Source: Cyanobacteria bacterium P01_A01_bin.123 (GTDB lineage: Bacteria > Cyanobacteriota > Cyanobacteriia > Phormidesmidales > Phormidesmidaceae). Taken from it: a stretch of DNA of 32,478 nt. This document shows positions 1 to 7,594 of the stretch, piece after piece. The translations under genes were made by a program, and so were the position numbers. Within the stretch, counting starts at the first letter, position 1. Every line of letters starts with the position of its first letter. The DNA is taken from positions 1 through 32,478 of the forward strand of contig JBCBZT010000066.1 of the NCBI GenBank assembly GCA_039815185.1. Direction: 5' to 3'. The notes beneath the pieces are model-generated. The model ran no database searches. It saw only the letters and a list, made by a program, of their open reading frames with translations, and had not been told where the DNA came from.

Positions 1-261
1 CGCGTCATTTACCGTGCTCCCTGAACCAATGGGCTTCGTTGTGTTGTGCCAACTTACCCAGGAGTCCCGGCCTGCTATGACGTTTCTGTTCGTCGGCTCA
101 CAGCTTTGCTGCTGGCTTCCTCCAGACCCTCCCTCGCGGGACCGCCCTTGCCTTAAGCTAGTCGTTGTTGTCTCTCGGCGCCGATGATTTTCGAGCATTT
201 GGACACTGGTTCTCCGACAGGGGACTTGCACCCCATTAGTTCACGCCCGTGCCGGGCGTAC
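1..261 (-). mobile_element. Group IIC (attC-targeting) intron, 5' part (domain I); continues beyond the left edge
   Basis: Minus strand reads GTACGCCCGGCACGGGCGTGAACTAATGGGGTGCAAGTCCCC...GGCAAGGG...GGAGGAAGCC...GCAAA, the typical class C intron 5' end. It follows TTGT (IBS1, 265-262). A candidate EBS1 ACAA (47-44) lies in a GTTG/CAAC stem-loop. Confidence 0.85.
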
Positions 262-345
262 ACAAGCCGCTTGCACACCGACCGCATCAAGGATATTGGT
301 CAGTCGCGAAAGGTTACTATCAGCGGGTGAAGCGGAACGTTAACA
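262..345 (+). other. Integron attC-like recombination site, interrupted at R'' by the intron
   Basis: ACAA-G-CCGCTTGCAC (L'', 267-276) pairs with GTGAAGCGG (L', 327-335) leaving one extrahelical base, followed by AAC-GTTAACA (R' GTT at 339-341). About 85 bp. Confidence 0.75.
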
Positions 346-461
346 CCTCGAAGAATCTAGATCTCACTAGGAGTTGTTACCTCTAAAGCTCTGTCCTATA
401 TTTTTTTCAAAGAAGCGTAGTGTATTGCCTTTGCATAGCCAAGGGGACAAACCAAGGGCTG

Positions 462-863
462 TTATGCAGCGGTTGCGGTTTGATGCTGGTGGTGCTGTTT
501 CAACAGGGCAATTAAGTGGGGGGCTACGCTAATTTGACAATCATCGAAGGTGACTGAGTCGGGATCTAAAAAGTGGGCAATCGACAGCTCAATGACAAAT
601 TCAGAGGGCACTTCTATGGCACTGGCATACTGCTGAATCTCAGCTTGCAGGCGCAGCGGTAAGTGGGCAAGCAGGTCAGGCGCATCGTTAGCGGGCGGCT
701 GGGGCTCTAGCTGGGTCGCATCCACTTCCAGAAAACGAGCAATCATGTACTCGATAACTGATTGAGGGGACAACTCTGACGCACGAGCATAGGTCATCAG
801 GGCCGATTGGATTTCCTCCGGCAGTGAAGCCATTAAACCTGTTTGGGAATTGGGGTCAGTCAT
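462..863 (-). CDS. Hypothetical protein with two tandem ~38-aa ribbon-helix-helix-like repeats
   Basis: LMASLPEEIQSALMTYARASELSPQSVIEYMIARFLE versus LLAHLPLRLQAEIQQYASAIEVPSEFVIELSIAHFLD. Starts 9 bp downstream of the GIY-YIG gene. Confidence 0.65.
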   Translation of the reverse strand: MTDPNSQTGLMASLPEEIQSALMTYARASELSPQSVIEYMIARFLEVDATQLEPQPPANDAPDLLAHLPLRLQAEIQQYASAIEVPSEFVIELSIAHFLDPDSVTFDDCQISVAPHLIALLKQHHQHQTATAA

Positions 864-872
864 ATTTCTGGC

Positions 873-1248
873 TTACTCTGCTGGCACAATGCGAATATTG
901 TAAGGGGGTAAAAGCGCTCGGATGATGCTTTGTTCTATCTGCAATGATAGCCGAACCCATTGGAAGGACAGGGGCTCTACTGCAATCCGCACATCATCAG
1001 GATCCAATCGGTCGAGAAATGCCCAGCCTAAGGCTTTGTGGCCACTTCTAAACCGACTTCTGAAGTTACCTGATTTACCTAATGTAGAGAATGCCTTGGC
1101 CCCGGTGCTTGACGGCATAGATACCAGGTCGAGGAGGGAGTGCATTAAATTCTCTAGTGAGTGGGCAGCAGTCCTTAAATGGCAATTGCTCAAGGCTTCT
1201 GAGTATTCGTGTCGCTTCTGCGTTGATAGACTGTTGAACGTTATCCAT
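873..1248 (-). pseudogene. GIY-YIG nuclease family gene with a 1-nt frameshift at ~1080
   Basis: ATG at 1248 gives MDNVQQ...LPPRPGIYAVKHRGQGILYI then AGG TAA. Removing one base at 1080 continues GKSGNFRSRFRSGHKAL...IEQSIIRALLPPYN, restoring the GIY, YIG, R, H, E and N motifs (~124 aa). Confidence 0.8.
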
Positions 1249-1382
1249 CCATCTGCTTCAGGGTCAACCTTGCCATCCATCACAGCCATTGGATTGTAAG
1301 CCAACAGGGACTCTAGCATCCAAGCCAGTTGCTTTGATAGGAAGGTTGTAGCAGTTGCCTCCAAAACAAACTCAATACCGTT

Positions 1383-2567
1383 TTATCTTTCAATTCCTTT
1401 TTGTGACTTGCGCTGTCGCCGTTGAGGTTGACGTTGCTGGACTTCCGGGGATTGACGTTGGGGGATGAGAGGTGGATCGAGGCGGGCAAGTTCTGGAGCG
1501 ATCGAGGGTGGCTGGCCAAATTGTTTCATATATTGGGCTTGCACCAGAGCATCATCTCGTTCTGGTTGGTAGTCGATGCCCAGGTGGTGCTGAACGCCTT
1601 TGAAGGTAAACTCATCTCCCAATTGGGCACCGCTGACTTTTTGTCCCTGATAGTAGTAGTCGAGCTTACTCAGCTTTCCCCGTCGCAGGGCAAACTGGGG
1701 ATGAATGTCTTGGGCGGTGAGCTGCTGGCAAAAGGTGGAAAGGGTCGGTCGAGACTGAGCAATCAGGCTAATCTGCTGTCGCAGGGAGGTTTTGGTGTCG
1801 TCACTGGCAGGAGTGCCGTTGCGGGTGACGTAGCGGCGGCGGATTAGGGGGTCATCGCGATCGGCTTGGTAAACAATACCGTGGTGGTTTTGCAATCCCT
1901 GAAAGCTATAGTCGCGTCCTAGTTTGGAGCCGTTGATTTCCATGCCGCTGTAGCGATAGACGATGCCGTGCAGTTGGCCCCGGCGGTAGGCAAAGCGGGG
2001 GATGATGCCTTGAACTTCTAGGCTTTGACAAAAGCAGTCGAGTTGGGGATGGTCTTGGGCAGTTTGAGCGATTCTGGCTCTTAAGATCTCCTTGTCGGCT
2101 TCACCTTGTTCAACGGTCAGTCTCAGGCCCAAGTCTTTTTCCACTCGCCGGGTAGCCACTTTGACGCGGGGCCAGTCGCGATGCAGGTCGAGCAGTTTGC
2201 CCTGGTCAGAAATGCGATTAACGATCACGTGGGCATGGCCTTGCGGTTCGTCGTGGTGACGCACGATCAGGTGTTGATGGTGGTCTAGATCCACGCCAAA
2301 CACTTTCAGGAAATGGGTACAGGCCTCTTGCATCTGAGCATCGTTGAGCCTTTCGTCAGGATGGAAGGCCAGGGGCACATGCCAGACGGGCTGTTCTATC
2401 TCCGGTCGCATTTGGCGATAAAGTTTCACTTCACTACTGAGTTCCCTAGCACTGTTGCCTGCCATGTTGCCGCCAATAATGTGGGCGGCTTTGGTCGGTT
2501 CGTCTTCGCCCAAGACGTAGCGGAAGCAGCCATAAAATCCACGGCCCACATGACTCTTACCAATCAT
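1383..2567 (-). CDS. Relaxase, MOB_P/VirD2-like, with duplicated C-terminal domain
   Basis: N-terminal Tyr motif (FRYVLG), VWHVPLAF and the HUH motif HHDEPQGHAHVIVNR; overlaps mobC by 4 nt. Confidence 0.9.
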   Translation of the reverse strand: MIGKSHVGRGFYGCFRYVLGEDEPTKAAHIIGGNMAGNSARELSSEVKLYRQMRPEIEQPVWHVPLAFHPDERLNDAQMQEACTHFLKVFGVDLDHHQHLIVRHHDEPQGHAHVIVNRISDQGKLLDLHRDWPRVKVATRRVEKDLGLRLTVEQGEADKEILRARIAQTAQDHPQLDCFCQSLEVQGIIPRFAYRRGQLHGIVYRYSGMEINGSKLGRDYSFQGLQNHHGIVYQADRDDPLIRRRYVTRNGTPASDDTKTSLRQQISLIAQSRPTLSTFCQQLTAQDIHPQFALRRGKLSKLDYYYQGQKVSGAQLGDEFTFKGVQHHLGIDYQPERDDALVQAQYMKQFGQPPSIAPELARLDPPLIPQRQSPEVQQRQPQRRQRKSQKGIER

Positions 2568-2959
2568 CGTTTCGTAGCACTCCGAATCATCGTCTGGGTA
2601 TCCAGGATCAGGGTGTGGAGTTGGGTGAGAGTGTGGTGCAATGAGATCGCGTCAACGCTGCCCATGACGTTGCCGCTGTTCAGGTGGTGGGCGAGTTGGT
2701 TGAGGTTGCCGCCCAGGCGTCCCAGTTGACCATCCAAATATTTCAGGTCTTGGGGAACAAGGTTGAGTTGTTGATCTTGGTCTAGGGATTTCAATCGGCA
2801 GTAGGTACCAGGGAGGCGTCCGGCGGAGTTACTGGCGGCGAGCAGTTGTTGATGTTCGGTGGCGGTGAACAGGACTTTGACTTGATGGGTGCGACGGTTT
2901 TCGGGTGCCTTCTTGTTCATTGAGGTCATCCACGTGAGGGAACGTTTCAATCTTGGCAA
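2564..2959 (-). CDS. mobC: Relaxosome accessory protein MobC
   Basis: RHH-like N-terminus (RTHQVKVLFTATEHQQL) and signature LGRLGGNLNQLAHHLN; directly upstream of the relaxase. True start may be a downstream ATG. Confidence 0.85.
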   Translation of the reverse strand: MPRLKRSLTWMTSMNKKAPENRRTHQVKVLFTATEHQQLLAASNSAGRLPGTYCRLKSLDQDQQLNLVPQDLKYLDGQLGRLGGNLNQLAHHLNSGNVMGSVDAISLHHTLTQLHTLILDTQTMIRSATKR

Positions 2960-3038
2960 TTGTTTCCCGTTGCTGTGAATTGGGCTGAAATCTTTTTTTA
3001 CGCGCTCACGTTGTGTGGATTTGTGATGCTTTCGGGGC

Positions 3039-3091
3039 CGGGGGGTGTCCCCCGCAAGCCAATGAAAAAAGTCCTTTTTTCTCTGGCTTGC
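3039..3091. promoter_or_regulatory. Candidate oriT (adjacent inverted repeats)
   Basis: CGGGGGG-TGT-CCCCCG hairpin, then GCAAGCCA..GAAAAAAG / CTTTTTTC..TGGCTTGC, in the gap between divergent mobC and the traK-like gene. Confidence 0.5.
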
Positions 3092-3266
3092 TCTTCTCTT
3101 CGCCCAGGGTAGATGGCGGCGGTTCCCGACCCAAACGTTAGACTTCTAAAATACCATTGTTACCGCTGCCCTACCTGGATCCGATTTACAGATAGGGTAA
3201 TCCAAGGGGGCGGATATTCAATTGTTATTTTTGAGTATATTAAAACCATAAGTTGAGGATAAGCTC

Positions 3267-3707
3267 ATGCCTAAGTTCTCCCGTAAAGCGGTTGGTGCCT
3301 TTCAAGAAAAACTCGGTGCAATTGATGAGTCTTGGCAATCTGAATTAAATTTGCGTGAAACGGTATTGCAATCGTTTGAGGCAATTAAGCGGTCAAGACA
3401 CTATAAAGCAACTTGGGAGCAAATTGCTGAAATCCTGATGAGTGCCAGTGAATCGAATGAAAAGATTAGCCCTGAAAGTATCCGGCAATATTATTTTGAG
3501 TTTGCTAATCATCCCAAAGTCGCAGGTAAGCGAAAGGCGAAAGTTTCGGAATCTAAGGGAAAGCTAAAGCCGCGTTCAGCTGACAAGTTTGTGTCTAAGA
3601 TGGAGGCAACTAAAGACGAGGCTGCGGGTGTATCGGATGTTGGTATTTCTGGGAATGATTTAGACACGATTGAGTCGGAGTTTAATCTAAGTCAGTTAAA
3701 GCATTGA
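3267..3707 (+). CDS. TraK/StbA-like small DNA-binding protein of the oriT leader operon
   Basis: HTH-like TWEQIAEIL...ISPESIRQYY plus a basic, disordered tail; GAGG RBS; first gene divergent from mobC. Assignment is mainly positional. Confidence 0.55.
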   Translation: MPKFSRKAVGAFQEKLGAIDESWQSELNLRETVLQSFEAIKRSRHYKATWEQIAEILMSASESNEKISPESIRQYYFEFANHPKVAGKRKAKVSESKGKLKPRSADKFVSKMEATKDEAAGVSDVGISGNDLDTIESEFNLSQLKH

Positions 3708-3716
3708 GGATGAACA

Positions 3717-4421
3717 ATGGCAGCGAAAGTAAAGCGTCGGGTGCATCTTTTTGGCGGCGACAAGGGCGGCGTTGGTAAGACGTTTGTCTGTCGCACTTGT
3801 ATTCAATATTACTTGGATAAGCAGTTGCCTTTTGTGCCGGTTGTGGCGGATCGTTACAATCCCGATGTGGCCAATCGCTATCAGCAGCTGCAGTTTGAAT
3901 ATGCCATTTTCTCCGATGATGAGCAGCAAACGCGGGCGGATGACATTGTTGAGTTAGCCAAGGCGAAGACGGTCATCATTTCGTTGCCTTCTCAGGTTGG
4001 TAGGCCGTTGGGCTCTTGGTTGGAGGATGCGATTCAAACGGCGGCGAAGTATGGCATTGAGTTTGTCTATTGGTTTATTTCCAGCGGGGCCTATGAGTCG
4101 TTGGATTTATTGAAGGTGGCGTTGGGACGGCATGGGGAGCAGATGCCGTTTGTTTTGGTTTGCAATCATGGGGTCGGTGAGGAATGGGATGTGGCTCAGG
4201 TGGAAGGGTTAGCTGAGTTAATCCAGGCTTTGAAGGTAATCACGATTGATTTCCCGAAGTTGCCTATTAAGGAGCGCAATTTACTGGATAAGAACAATTT
4301 GACGTTGGGCGAGGCCCGGACGGCGGAGGTGTTTAAGGCCAGGTCGATGTCCCAAGACCGGATTGAGAAGTTTCTCAGGAAGGCTTATGCCGGGTTTGGG
4401 GCGACGGGGTTATTGGCATGA
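3717..4421 (+). CDS. TraL/MobD/StbB-like P-loop NTPase (ParA/MinD superfamily)
   Basis: Deviant Walker A VHLFGGDKGGVGKT at the N-terminus; 234 aa; mobilization context. Confidence 0.75.
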   Translation: MAAKVKRRVHLFGGDKGGVGKTFVCRTCIQYYLDKQLPFVPVVADRYNPDVANRYQQLQFEYAIFSDDEQQTRADDIVELAKAKTVIISLPSQVGRPLGSWLEDAIQTAAKYGIEFVYWFISSGAYESLDLLKVALGRHGEQMPFVLVCNHGVGEEWDVAQVEGLAELIQALKVITIDFPKLPIKERNLLDKNNLTLGEARTAEVFKARSMSQDRIEKFLRKAYAGFGATGLLA

Positions 4422-5065
4422 GTCAGGGGAGCGCTCGGCAGCAGGAGATCAATGGGTTATCGGCGGCGCAACGGCGGTTGTTGGAGAAGTTTCCCCTGTT
4501 GGAGCCGGATGATCCCTTAGTTGAGTTGGCGGCTTGGAATGCGGCGTTGGAGCAGCGGTTGGATCTCTTTGGAGGCAGTGTTGACGGATGGACGACAGCA
4601 ATTCTCAAGCAGACGGAGGCGGCCAGTCAGCAGGGTCAGTTATTCGTGGCCCAGAATTCGACGTTGCAAGAGACGGCGAGAAACAACGCTGCTTTGGCCA
4701 GTATCTTGCAGGCCTTGAAGCCCAAAATCGAGCAGTTATTGAAGGACTCCAGGTTGCAGGCGCTCTCAATCTCGACACAAGATGCGGCATTAAGCAGCTT
4801 GAGGCGAGAGATCGAGGGGATGCGGGGCGAGGTGCAGGGCATCGGGCGGATGGAGGACAGGCTTATTCGCAAGATCGAGATATCGAGCGATGAGCCTTGG
4901 CGGCGATGGGTCTTGTTGTGTTTGGCGGTTTTCTCGGGCGGGGTGTTGGCTCTGAGTGGGATGGCGGTAATGCAGATGCGGCTGGGGAATTATCAGGGCC
5001 GGTTGATGAATTCGGCGTTGATTCGGCTAGAGCGGATTGAGCGGGGGTTGGAGATTCAACCCTGA
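4418..5065 (+). CDS. TraM/MobE-like coiled-coil protein with C-terminal transmembrane helix
   Basis: N-terminal DDPLV motif, long coiled coil, hydrophobic WVLLCLAVFSGGVLALSGMAVM; ATGA overlap with the upstream gene. Confidence 0.55.
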   Translation: MSQGSARQQEINGLSAAQRRLLEKFPLLEPDDPLVELAAWNAALEQRLDLFGGSVDGWTTAILKQTEAASQQGQLFVAQNSTLQETARNNAALASILQALKPKIEQLLKDSRLQALSISTQDAALSSLRREIEGMRGEVQGIGRMEDRLIRKIEISSDEPWRRWVLLCLAVFSGGVLALSGMAVMQMRLGNYQGRLMNSALIRLERIERGLEIQP

Positions 5066-5185
5066 GGCTGAGGGGGGGCTGAGAATTGGTGTTGAGAAAG
5101 TTCAGGAAGCCTCTGACCTATTATCTGCACAACTTTGTATTAAGAGTTATGAAATCAAGCTCGGATTTTCTATTGCGATCGCCCC

Positions 5186-5228
5186 CAGGTTTTGAATAGC
5201 TGCGCGGCCCGCAACTATTCAAAATCTG
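5186..5228. repeat. 19-bp imperfect inverted repeat (possible terminator or operator)
   Basis: CAGGTTTTGAATAGCTGCG-cggcc-CGCAACTATTCAAAATCTG with one G-T pair and one mismatch; lies between the mob operon and hsdM. Confidence 0.7.
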
Positions 5229-5308
5229 AGAACCTTAGTTGAACCTGCTTAAGCTCAATTAAACTAGGCTGACATCACCTATCGCGCCCCTGGAGGAGAC
5301 ACAGTCAA

Positions 5309-6901
5309 GTGCCTCGTAAGAGAAAGTCTGACACCAGCAAACAGCAAAACGGGAATGGAGCCAATCTAGGCTTTGAGCAAACCCTATGGGCTGCTGCCGA
5401 CAAGATGCGCGGTCACATGGATGCAGCGGAATATAAGCATGTAGCGCTGGGGCTGATCTTCCTCAAGTACATCTCCGATGCGTTTCAGGAGCTGTATGAC
5501 AACTTGGCACGACGGGCAGATACAGACTACACCGACCCGGAAGACCGCGATGAGTACATGGCAGAGAATGTCTTTTGGGTGCCGAAAGAAGCGCGGTGGA
5601 GCCACATTCAGGCCAATGCCAAGCAGCCCACCATCGGCAAGATTATTGATGAGGCGATGCTGGCGATCGAGAAGGAGAACCCGAAGCGGTTGAAGGGAGT
5701 GTTGCCGACAGGCTATGCGCGGCCAGACTTGGATAAGACGCGGCTGGGGGAACTGATCGACTTGATCAGCAAGATTGGCTTGGGGGACGGGGCCAGCCGC
5801 TCGAAGGACATTTTGGGGCGGGTGTATGAGTACTTCCTGGGACAGTTCGCAGAGAAGGAAGGTAAGGGGGGCGGTGAGTTCTACACGCCCCAGGCAGTGG
5901 TGAAGCTGCTGGTAGAGATGATGCAGCCCTACAAAGGGCGAATTTATGACCCCTGTTGCGGCTCAGGCGGCATGTTTGTGCAGTCGGAGAAGTTTGTGGA
6001 GGCCCATGGCGGGCGCAAGGGCGACATTGCCATCTATGGGCAGGAGTCAAATCCGACGACGCGGCGGCTGTGCCTCATGAATCTGGCGATTCGCGGCATT
6101 GATGGCAACATTGGCGATCGCCAAGCGGACAGCTTTACCAGTGATCTGCACAAAGACTTGAAGGCGGACTACATCATCGCCAATCCGCCGTTCAACATTA
6201 GCGATTGGTGGCACAAAAAGCTGGCGGAGGATGTGCGTTGGCAGTACGGCACGCCGCCGAAGGGCAATGCCAACTATGGCTGGGTGCAGCACATGATGCA
6301 TCACCTGGCCCCCACAGGAATGGCGGGCTTTGTTTTGGCGAATGGGTCGATGAGTTCTAACCAGTCGGGGGAAGGGGAGATCCGTAAGGCGCTGATCGCC
6401 GATGACCGGGTAGACTGCATGATTGCGCTACCGGGGCAGTTGTTTTATACAACGCAGATTCCGGCCTGTCTATGGTTTTTGGCGCGGGATAAATCGGGAC
6501 GGCCTACCGCTGGCCACCCGCCCTGCCGCAACCGGGAGGGAGAGACACTGTTTATTGATGCCCGCAAGCTGGGGGTGCTGATCGATCGCACCCATCGGGA
6601 ACTGACGGATGAGGAGATTGCCCGCATTGCCGGGACGTACCATGTGTGGCGGGGTGAACCGGGGGCGGCAACCTATGAGGATGTGCCGGGGTTTTGCAAG
6701 AGCGTGACGCTGGAAGAGATTGCGTCCCATGGATATGTGCTGACGCCGGGGCGCTATGTGGGAGCGGAGGCACTGGAGGAAGACGATGAGCCATTTGAGG
6801 AGAAGATGGCGCGGCTGACGCAGACACTAGAAGCGCAATTTGCCGAGAGTGCCAAACTAGAAGCAGCCATTCGCGAAAATCTCAAGGGATTGGAGTTATG
6901 A
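5309..6901 (+). CDS. hsdM: Type I RM methyltransferase subunit M
   Basis: [19 protein letters not shown]-binding [10 protein letters not shown] and catalytic NPPF; GGAGG RBS before GTG. Confidence 0.97.
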   Translation: MPRKRKSDTSKQQNGNGANLGFEQTLWAAADKMRGHMDAAEYKHVALGLIFLKYISDAFQELYDNLARRADTDYTDPEDRDEYMAENVFWVPKEARWSHIQANAKQPTIGKIIDEAMLAIEKENPKRLKGVLPTGYARPDLDKTRLGELIDLISKIGLGDGASRSKDILGRVYEYFLGQFAEKEGKGGGEFYTPQAVVKLLVEMMQPYKGRIYDPCCGSGGMFVQSEKFVEAHGGRKGDIAIYGQESNPTTRRLCLMNLAIRGIDGNIGDRQADSFTSDLHKDLKADYIIANPPFNISDWWHKKLAEDVRWQYGTPPKGNANYGWVQHMMHHLAPTGMAGFVLANGSMSSNQSGEGEIRKALIADDRVDCMIALPGQLFYTTQIPACLWFLARDKSGRPTAGHPPCRNREGETLFIDARKLGVLIDRTHRELTDEEIARIAGTYHVWRGEPGAATYEDVPGFCKSVTLEEIASHGYVLTPGRYVGAEALEEDDEPFEEKMARLTQTLEAQFAESAKLEAAIRENLKGLEL

Positions 6902-6903
6902 GT
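6803..6903 (+). repeat. Direct repeat copy 1 (3' end of hsdM)
   Basis: AAGATGGCGCGG...GAAAATCTCAAGGGATTGGAGTTATGAG; a diverged copy lies at 7464-7573. Confidence 0.85.
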
Positions 6904-7083
6904 CCACAATTGGAAAAAGTCCTGCACGAAATTGAGCAGTTGAGCGCTGAGGAACAGTTAGAGGTTATCAGCTACGCCACAGAGCAGCTCAAACGCCGCA
7001 CGGCTGTTAATCCGGTCTGGCAGGCTTACCAGGCATCTAAGCAGGAACGACAGGAGGTGTATCGCCGCCTTGCTGACGCCTAA
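6898..7083 (+). CDS. Putative antitoxin of the Doc toxin
   Basis: 61 aa, ATGA-coupled to hsdM, overlaps the doc start; helical C-terminus EVYRRLADA. Confidence 0.7.
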   Translation: MSPQLEKVLHEIEQLSAEEQLEVISYATEQLKRRTAVNPVWQAYQASKQERQEVYRRLADA

Positions 7084-7462
7084 TTTTCTGACCCGTGAGG
7101 ATGTGCTGATGATCCACGATGACCAAATCGCTAGCTTTGGCGGCACGCCGGGTCTCCGAGATGAGGGACTGCTGGACTCGGCGCTGGCTCAGCCGCAGGC
7201 GATGTTTGGTCAGCAGTGGTTGCATCCCACGATCGCAGAGCAGGCGGCAGCGTATCTGTACCATTTGGCGATGAATCATCCGTTTGTGGATGGCAACAAG
7301 CGCACGGCTTTTGCGGTGATGGATACGTTTTTGCGGGTGAATGGTTATCGGCTGACGCTGACGGATGATGCGGCCTATGAATTGGTGCTGCGGGTCGTGC
7401 AGGGGCAGTTGGATAAGGCTGGGATTGCAGGGGAACTGGCGGATGCTTTGGCACCAGAATAA
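7070..7462 (+). CDS. doc: Death-on-curing (Doc/Fic) family toxin
   Basis: HPFVDGNKRTA motif and GLRDEGLLDSALAQP; 130 aa. Confidence 0.93.
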   Translation: MLTPNFLTREDVLMIHDDQIASFGGTPGLRDEGLLDSALAQPQAMFGQQWLHPTIAEQAAAYLYHLAMNHPFVDGNKRTAFAVMDTFLRVNGYRLTLTDDAAYELVLRVVQGQLDKAGIAGELADALAPE

Positions 7463-7463
7463 A

Positions 7464-7573
7464 AAGATGGCGCGGCCAACGCAGACGCGGGAAGCACAGT
7501 TTGCGGAAAGTGCCAAGTTAGAAGCCACAATTCACCACAATTCGTGAAAACCTCAAAGAACTGGAGCTATGAG
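7464..7573 (+). repeat. Direct repeat copy 2: degenerate remnant of the hsdM 3' end
   Basis: Translates [23 protein letters not shown] versus Hsd[34 protein letters not shown] duplication (7525-7543) breaks the frame; ends GAGCTATGAG. Confidence 0.85.
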
Positions 7574-7594
7574 CAAAGAAGCAAATAAGTTGGT

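Noticed and set aside
873..1364. 163-aa ORF as given in the track
   Set aside because: Its N-terminal part is the wrong frame; the real coding signal is the frameshifted GIY-YIG gene from 1248.
3717..4421. Plasmid partition ParA
   Set aside because: No ParB partner; position and neighbours fit a TraL/MobD/StbB-like protein better.
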